64,000 nt of DNA, from contig JAZAHK010000003.1 in NCBI GenBank assembly GCA_036231405.1, positions 160,001 to 224,000 on the forward strand. The letters are read 5' to 3'. A program made the position numbers and the translations under genes. Positions 57,987 to 64,000 of the stretch are shown here, one piece after another (position 1 is the stretch's first letter; every line of letters starts with the position of its first letter). Source of the stretch: Nitrospinota bacterium. GTDB taxonomy: Bacteria; UBA8248. The notes beneath the pieces are model-generated. The model was not told where the DNA came from, did no database searches, and saw only the letters and a program-made list of their open reading frames with translations.

Positions 57987-58063
57987 TGGTACGCCCGGTA
58001 GGAGTCGAACCTACAACCTTCGGATCCGAAGTCCGACGCTCTATCCAATTGAGCTACGGGCGC
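57987..58063 (-). tRNA. tRNA-Arg(TCG)
   Basis: GCGCCCG acceptor stem, TCGGA-CTTCGGA-TCCGA anticodon arm, CCA. Confidence 0.95.
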
Positions 58064-58091
58064 ACAAAACAAATTTAAATCGTCACATAAG

Positions 58092-58168
58092 TGGGGTGAG
58101 TGAGGGGATTTGAACCCCCGACCTCCGGGGCCACAACCCGGCGCTCTAACCACTGAGCTACACCCACC
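58092..58168 (-). tRNA. tRNA-His(GTG)
   Basis: G-1 and C discriminator, CCGGG-TTGTGGC-CCCGG anticodon arm, CCA. Confidence 0.95.
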
Positions 58169-58264
58169 ACAAAGAAGTCTGAAAGTCCCAAGAATGCTAC
58201 CACCAAAAACATTAATGGAGAAATAAAAATATCTAAAAATTATAGTTAAACTCCATCAATTTTA

Positions 58265-58341
<77 letters not shown>

Positions 58342-58450
58342 ACAAAAAATAAATAACTTGCAAAAGAATTTTACAAGTTATTTAGACACAGCGAAAGGAA
58401 AGTACTGTATTTGTAAGACTAGATCAATTCTAAATATAATTTATTTAAAA

Positions 58451-59320
58451 TTACCCCTCCAAATGTGTTCTAGGTAAAAACTGTATTAACAAAGAACCAT
58501 AACGGCCAAACAAGATTGAAACAATATACATTAGACCAATTATCAGAATGATGGTTGGTCCTGTAGGAAAATCAAAATGGTAAGATAAGAGTAATCCTAT
58601 AATACCGCCTAACAACGAAAATAGTACCGAAATTAAGATAAGTCCTTGTACATTACGAGACCAAAATCTAGCAGCAGCCGCTGGAATTATCATCACTCCT
58701 ACTGATAAAAGTGTACCCAAAGCATGGAATCCAGCCACTAAATTTAAAACTGTCAAACTAAGAAAAAGGAAATGTGCCACTCCACTCATGGGACTTACAG
58801 ATTTTAGAAATGAAGAATCAAGACACTCCATAATCAAAGGCCTGTAAAACAAGGCTAAAACGAATATGGAAACGGTCGCAATCGAAGATAATAGAAAAAG
58901 AGTGGAATCATCCAGAGCTAGGATTGTACCAAACAAAACGTGCATTAGATCAACATTAGTTCCTCGTACAGTGACGATTAGAACTCCTAAAGCAAGTGAA
59001 ATAAGATAAAAAGATGCAAGACTCGTATCTTCTCTAAGAATCGTGGTCCGAGTCACAAATCCAGTCAAAAGAACAACTACCATTCCAGCAATAAGACCCC
59101 CTAAAGTCATTGCAGTAAGAGAAAGACCTGAAACAAGATACCCAACAGCTGCACCAGGCAAAATGGCATGCGCAATTGCATCTCCGGTAAGACTCATTCT
59201 TCGTAACATTAAAAAAACACCGACTGGAGACGCACCTAACGCAATAGAAAAACATCCTATAAGGGAACGTCGCATGAAAGAAAATTCAATAAAAGGTTCG
59301 ACTATGAGATCGTATATCAT
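58451..59320 (-). CDS. Zn/Mn ABC transporter permease (ZnuB/AztB-like)
   Basis: RRMSLTGDAIAHAILPG, LFG, IPAAAAR. Confidence 0.92.
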   Translation of the reverse strand: MIYDLIVEPFIEFSFMRRSLIGCFSIALGASPVGVFLMLRRMSLTGDAIAHAILPGAAVGYLVSGLSLTAMTLGGLIAGMVVVLLTGFVTRTTILREDTSLASFYLISLALGVLIVTVRGTNVDLMHVLFGTILALDDSTLFLLSSIATVSIFVLALFYRPLIMECLDSSFLKSVSPMSGVAHFLFLSLTVLNLVAGFHALGTLLSVGVMIIPAAAARFWSRNVQGLILISVLFSLLGGIIGLLLSYHFDFPTGPTIILIIGLMYIVSILFGRYGSLLIQFLPRTHLEG

Positions 59321-60072
59321 TATAAAATACTAGTTGGAATTCTTGAACAAATATCAGCATTTTCATTGAATACTTCGCAAAGTTTATGGGCACGAGATAA
59401 ATTTTCTTCAGTCAGTACTTCTTCAGTAAGTCCATGGGCAATTTTTTCACGTCCCAAAATAAGAGTTTCTGGAAAATTTAATCTAATATCTTCAAGATCA
59501 TGTAATGCAATAATTATTGTTCTCCCCTCACCATGCCATTCAAGAATCAGATGTAATAAGAAATCTGTTGTCTTCCTATCTATAGAATTAAAAGGTTCAT
59601 CAAGAAGTACCAATTCAGCATCTTGTAATAATAAACGAGCAAATAGGACACGTTGCATCTCACCACCAGATAAAGTTCCAATAGGTCTATCTTCATATCC
59701 AAAAAGACCTAGAGAAGAAATTGACTCATAGATTCTATCTTCCATAGAACTAGAGACACCAGAAAAAGAACCAATATCATTCCAAAGACCCATGGATATA
59801 AAATCAATAACAGTTACAGGGAAACTAGGGTCAACATCACTCTGTTGAGGCAAATATGCTATTTTCACAGGTTGTAAATTAGAAAATTGTAAATTTCCTT
59901 CTAAAGGTTGTAGTGAGCCTGCAATCCCTTTTAAAAGTGTAGACTTTCCTCCTCCATTAGGTCCCACTATTGCAGTTAAGGAACCAAACTGAAAATCAAA
60001 ACTTAAATGGTGAACCGCGGGATGACGGTCATATCCAAGTGTTAAATTTTCACATGAAACAATCTTTGGCAT
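59320..60072 (-). CDS. Zn/Mn ABC transporter ATP-binding protein (ZnuC/AztA-like)
   Basis: GPNGGGKST, LSGGEMQR, LLDEP. Confidence 0.92.
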   Translation of the reverse strand: MPKIVSCENLTLGYDRHPAVHHLSFDFQFGSLTAIVGPNGGGKSTLLKGIAGSLQPLEGNLQFSNLQPVKIAYLPQQSDVDPSFPVTVIDFISMGLWNDIGSFSGVSSSMEDRIYESISSLGLFGYEDRPIGTLSGGEMQRVLFARLLLQDAELVLLDEPFNSIDRKTTDFLLHLILEWHGEGRTIIIALHDLEDIRLNFPETLILGREKIAHGLTEEVLTEENLSRAHKLCEVFNENADICSRIPTSIL

Positions 60073-60084
60073 AAACACCCCTAA

Positions 60085-60216
60085 TTATTGTATTGACCAA
60101 AATACGCCCGCCCACAGTATCAAGGAAAGAACAACAGAGAAAAAAATCCTCAAGAAGGCTCCAGAACATAAAAGACTATAGGCAGTATATTTTACTTTCA
60201 TCTTTTGTCTTTCCAT
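60085..60216 (-). CDS. 43-aa single-TM microprotein inside the zinc operon
   Basis: MERQKMKVKYTAYSLLCSGAFLRIFFSVVLSLILWAGVFWSIQ fills the gap between the Fur-family gene and the ATPase. Confidence 0.6.
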   Translation of the reverse strand: MERQKMKVKYTAYSLLCSGAFLRIFFSVVLSLILWAGVFWSIQ

Positions 60217-60232
60217 TTGAATAAATTCCTAC

Positions 60233-60634
60233 TTAACTATCCATGCAATTCTGACATTGACCAAGAATTTCTACTGTAGTTTTTGTAATTTTAAAATTTT
60301 TTCTTTCTGTATTTCTATAAATCTGAGAAGAGATTTTCTCATCAGAATATTCTCTAGTTTCACCACAATGATTACAAATTTCAAATAAAACTGAATCCTT
60401 ACCCTCATGAGTATGATCGCAAGCTATAAATGCATTAAGACTTTCGATTTTATGAACTAAGCCTTTAGATATAAGGAAATCTAAGGCACGATAAACTGTC
60501 GGTGGAGCAGAAAAACCACTATCCCTTAGTTTATCTAAAATTTCATAAGCAGACATTTTAACACGTTCTTCTTTCAACAAATTAAAAACAAATTCTTGAT
60601 TGGCAGTAAGTGTAATATCATGAAGTTTATTCAT
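60233..60634 (-). CDS. zur: Fur-family zinc uptake regulator
   Basis: SAYEIL, APPTVYRALDFL...GLVHKIESLNAF, CxxC twice. Confidence 0.9.
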   Translation of the reverse strand: MNKLHDITLTANQEFVFNLLKEERVKMSAYEILDKLRDSGFSAPPTVYRALDFLISKGLVHKIESLNAFIACDHTHEGKDSVLFEICNHCGETREYSDEKISSQIYRNTERKNFKITKTTVEILGQCQNCMDS

Positions 60635-60659
60635 TTCTTCCCTTGAAATAGTGGAAATG

Positions 60660-61583
60660 CTAATTTAGGGCCTTTAAAATAGTCTTTACATTATAACGCA
60701 TATAATCTATATAGTTCCCAGCCATGCCATTTTTTTCTGAAAGAGCATCAGAATAAAGATTTCCCCCTATTTGCACACTTGTTTGCCTTGCAATTTGTTG
60801 AACTAATCTATTATCGGCAATATTTTCAAAGAAAATAGCTTTCACTGAAGTCTTTTTTATCTGCCGTATAAGTGTGGCAACCTTAGAGGCACTTGCTTCA
60901 GATTCAGTCGATATGCCCTGTGGAGATAGCATTTCAATTCCATACTCTCTTGCTAGATATCCAAATGCATCATGACTAGTAATGACTTTTCGATTTTTTT
61001 TTGGAATAGAATTTATAGAACTACGTATAAATTTATCTAAATTATCTAAATCTAACGTATATTTTTTTAAATTTTTCATATAATACTTTTTCGATGGAGG
61101 ATCAATTCGAGATATTCCTTCTGCAATATTAGCAACGTAAATTTTCATATTAGGCACACTAAACCAAACATGCGGATCCCATCCATCAGCATGATTAATG
61201 TTGTGACCATGATGTTCTTTTTGTCTTAATTTTTCAATATTTTTTGCTGCAATAAGGATTACGCCTTGATATCCAGATGCCTTAACCAATCTTTTCATCC
61301 AACCTTCAAAACCTATGCCATTCATCACTACAAGATCCGCCGAAGAAATTCTCCTCGCATCACTTGGAGTTGGTCTAAACATATGAGCATCCATATTCCT
61401 TTTCACAAGTGAGGTTACATGTACTTTTTTCCCTCCTATCACAGAAACTATATCTTCTAGAATAGAAAAAGTTACTACTATTTTTTTGCGATTACCTATA
61501 TCTTCCTTGACTGAAGCACTAGATAAATTTAAAAAGATGATACAAAAAAATCCTACAAAAAAAGCTAAACCCTTAAAAAACAT
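60660..61583 (-). CDS. Zn/Mn ABC transporter substrate-binding protein (ZnuA/AztC-like)
   Basis: DAH.F.P, His-rich loop, DPHVW, HDAFGY, SDAL. Confidence 0.92.
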   Translation of the reverse strand: MFFKGLAFFVGFFCIIFLNLSSASVKEDIGNRKKIVVTFSILEDIVSVIGGKKVHVTSLVKRNMDAHMFRPTPSDARRISSADLVVMNGIGFEGWMKRLVKASGYQGVILIAAKNIEKLRQKEHHGHNINHADGWDPHVWFSVPNMKIYVANIAEGISRIDPPSKKYYMKNLKKYTLDLDNLDKFIRSSINSIPKKNRKVITSHDAFGYLAREYGIEMLSPQGISTESEASASKVATLIRQIKKTSVKAIFFENIADNRLVQQIARQTSVQIGGNLYSDALSEKNGMAGNYIDYMRYNVKTILKALN

Positions 61584-61613
61584 GACGTAAACTACTCCAA
61601 AAAAAAATTAAGA

Positions 61614-61636
61614 GAATTGTTATATTATAACATACG
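61614..61636. promoter_or_regulatory. Zur box overlapping a sigma70 promoter
   Basis: Perfect 7-1-7 palindrome TGTTATA-T-TATAACA (61618-61632); TTGACA on the minus strand at 61642-61647. Confidence 0.88.
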
Positions 61637-61668
61637 AAAATTGTCAATTTTTAAAATGATTAAAAACT

Positions 61669-62442
61669 CTAAAGATTTAAACTTGAAAAACTTCTTATAA
61701 AAAGGACTATGGCGACAGCTATTAAAACAATTTTCACAAAAAATTCAAATCGATTTTGATTGATTTTTCTTCGTAATTTCAATCCAATCCAATACCCTAA
61801 GAAAACAGGAACAAGAACTAAAATTGCATGTAAAAAGAGAGTCTTTGTATAAATTCCCTGCGAAAAAAAACTCAAAATCAATAGTCCCGATATTAGAGCA
61901 TTAAAAACATTAACTAAGAAAATAAATGTATCTTTTTTCCATGAAAACATGGAAAAATAAATAAGTGTCGATGGTCCCGGTATCCCTATCATCCCTCCTA
62001 GAAATCCGCTTAAAAATCCAAAAACTCCTCCAAGACCCCATTTTCTCACCAAATTTGAATTCACTTTTGGGGTTGGAAAGATTCTTCTTAGAAAAACAAA
62101 AAGAGCAATAGCAAATGCTAAAATCAATCTCACAATATTTGGGTTCAACCAATTCAATAAAAAAACGCCTGCAGGAACACTACACAACCCAATAATCAGA
62201 AACGGGATAATATTTTCAAGATTTCTCCATTCTTTTAATCCTATTGTTACATTCATGACATTTGTAGAAAAAAGTGAAATTGACATCAATGCAACCGCAT
62301 GTACTGGACTAATGAATAAGGAAAGAAAGGGAATAGTCGCGATTGGAAGGGCAAAACCAATGGAACCCTTAACAATTCCTGCTATAAAGAAAAGAGGTGA
62401 AAAAACAGCAATCATATAAAAAGACATAAAAACCAGATACAT
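61669..62442 (-). CDS. TauE/SafE family (sulfite exporter-like) membrane protein
   Basis: AGIVKG..GF, SGFLGG..G.PGP; about 8 TM helices. Confidence 0.85.
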   Translation of the reverse strand: MYLVFMSFYMIAVFSPLFFIAGIVKGSIGFALPIATIPFLSLFISPVHAVALMSISLFSTNVMNVTIGLKEWRNLENIIPFLIIGLCSVPAGVFLLNWLNPNIVRLILAFAIALFVFLRRIFPTPKVNSNLVRKWGLGGVFGFLSGFLGGMIGIPGPSTLIYFSMFSWKKDTFIFLVNVFNALISGLLILSFFSQGIYTKTLFLHAILVLVPVFLGYWIGLKLRRKINQNRFEFFVKIVLIAVAIVLFIRSFSSLNL

Positions 62443-62484
62443 CCTTTTGGGCTAATAAAATATTGAAATTACAAAGTTCTCAAT

Positions 62485-63339
62485 CTAATCAAAAGGATCT
62501 CTTCTAACCTTAGATTCACCTAAAAGGCTAGCGCGAAGCAAGTGTATTAGTACATTTGTTTCAGGTATCAATTGTATAAAAAAATCTAACTTTTGGTTCA
62601 GTAACGAGATTTCATCATTACCAAGTTTTGTTCTATCAAGAACAAATTCATAAGGGAATTCCTGGGCAGCTGCAGCAGCAGCACCTTTTGAAAGATCAAT
62701 AGTTATCTTATATCCTTCATTAGACTTTTGCTCTGAAACAAAAGGAAAAACAAGTTCTATATATTCCGGATAAAACGACAGTGCTCTCCAAACATCAGGG
62801 ATCCCCTTGTTTTTATGCTGACCGAAAATCCCATCTAAAAAATTAGTAGACATATTCTTTGGATCTATTAATACTGGAAGGGGCATTCCCTCAGGAGGTC
62901 CTAAAGGAATAATCTCTAAATCAGTATCAGAACCAGGAGAAGTTCCACCAATACTCATCCCATTCAAGGAAGCTTTTAAAGCTATTGCTAAAATTAAATC
63001 TTTCGGCCCCAAATAATTATACATATCCAGAATACGAGAAATAGAAAGTATCTTTTCCTGATCATATCCGTTGTCTAACAATTCTTCACCAAAATCAGGA
63101 ACATCTTCCGGCATTGGAGGGATCATCCTCATACGAACATTTTGGGCACACCTTTCAAAATACTGGGCGGTCAAATTATTACGAATTTTCTCCCAAAAAA
63201 AATCAAGAAAATTTTCGTGAACCGCAAGTGTCCTAAACATTAAACCTATTTTCGTTGAACGTATAACCGATTGAATATCAGTAAAAATTTCCTCGACTCT
63301 ATCACTTGCTTCTTCTTCTCTAACTTCCAAAAATTCCAA
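62485..63339 (-). CDS. DehI-family (group I haloacid dehalogenase-like) protein
   Basis: VREEEA..V..IF.DI...R....LMFRTLA..E.FL...W, with an internal repeat (VWRALSFYPEYI). Confidence 0.6.
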   Translation of the reverse strand: MEFLEVREEEASDRVEEIFTDIQSVIRSTKIGLMFRTLAVHENFLDFFWEKIRNNLTAQYFERCAQNVRMRMIPPMPEDVPDFGEELLDNGYDQEKILSISRILDMYNYLGPKDLILAIALKASLNGMSIGGTSPGSDTDLEIIPLGPPEGMPLPVLIDPKNMSTNFLDGIFGQHKNKGIPDVWRALSFYPEYIELVFPFVSEQKSNEGYKITIDLSKGAAAAAAQEFPYEFVLDRTKLGNDEISLLNQKLDFFIQLIPETNVLIHLLRASLLGESKVRRDPFD

Positions 63340-63370
63340 ATTACAACTCCCTTTAAAGGTCGTATGATTT

Positions 63371-64000
63371 TTACTGTGTAGGATCAGTAGAATCAGGAAC
63401 AGGGAATTCGGTTGGCCAATTTTCTAACATTGTCTCCATGAAAGCTTTTACTTTATCTGGACTCAAATAGACTGACTTTTTTATTTTATCTACCTCAGAC
63501 TGATCTTCAACTTGTATTCCAAGTGAATCCATGAATCGGTTCCACAAGTTAAAGGTTCCACTCATAAGCGTAAGTTCTACAATCTCATTATCAGAAAAAC
63601 TATTTTTGACTTTTTCAAAAACATCGTCTCTGGAACGTGCTGTATTTTTTGTTACATGTTCTGCCCATAACACTGCAGCTTTCTCACGAGCTGATAAAAT
63701 AGAGGAATCCATATAATCATCTCTAACTATAGCTGCAACCTGTTCATCAGTTATTCCTGCCGCTTGTCCAAGCGAAGTATTATGCGCAAGTCAATAATCA
63801 CACCCGTTAACCTGACTCGTTTTAATAATTACCATTTCCTTAATTTTCGATGAGAGACAACTCCCTGCACCTTCTCTTTGCATAACTGCAGTAAAAAGAA
63901 GAAAAAACTTCGATACCATTGGGATATTCCCTAAAACTCTTACAGAGTGAGGCACTCTCCCAATCATTGCCGTGCTTGCGTCATACAAATCTTTAGTAAC
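63371..64000 (-). CDS. AhpD/carboxymuconolactone decarboxylase-family selenoprotein (CxxU); starts beyond the window
   Basis: ORFs 63791-63988 and 63371-63712 are in one frame, joined as TSQVNG-CDY-U-LAHNTSLGQAAGITDEQV; frame open to base 64000. Confidence 0.9.
63761..63774 (-). promoter_or_regulatory. Putative SECIS hairpin of the AhpD/CMD gene
   Basis: CGCTT-GGAC-AAGCG stem starting 16 nt after the TGA. Confidence 0.65.

Larger units (their letters stand above)
53795..58036. mobile_element. Integrase-less genomic islet at tRNA-Arg(TCG) carrying three genes
   Basis: Bounded by the tRNA and its partial 3' duplicate; cargo visibly more GC-rich than the flanks. Confidence 0.7.

Overview
AT-rich bacterial chromosomal window, densely coding, dominated by heterotrophic catabolic genes (CoA transferases, TPP enzymes, CocE/NonD hydrolases, two beta-keto acid cleavage enzymes, NitT/TauT ABC transporter, SDRs, orphan FAD flavoproteins), plus metY, a DacA-type carboxypeptidase, rpoN, PhoD, a Zur-boxed zinc ABC operon, four tRNAs and a small islet at tRNA-Arg(TCG). 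The main signal hidden from the ORF track is UGA recoding. Four unrelated genes carry five in-frame TGA codons at catalytic Cys positions, each followed by a short hairpin resembling a bacterial SECIS: an OsmC-like protein (1223-1771), a UGSC protein (30572-31114), an AhpD/CMD protein (63371->64000) and an unannotated, probably exported MerP/HMA-like protein with two TGAs in a GMT-U-PSS-U motif (43024-43314). Also seen: a probable ATC start codon, three gene-deletion scars and a 43-aa membrane microprotein. All calls come from manual reading and remembered family motifs; no searches or folding programs were run.
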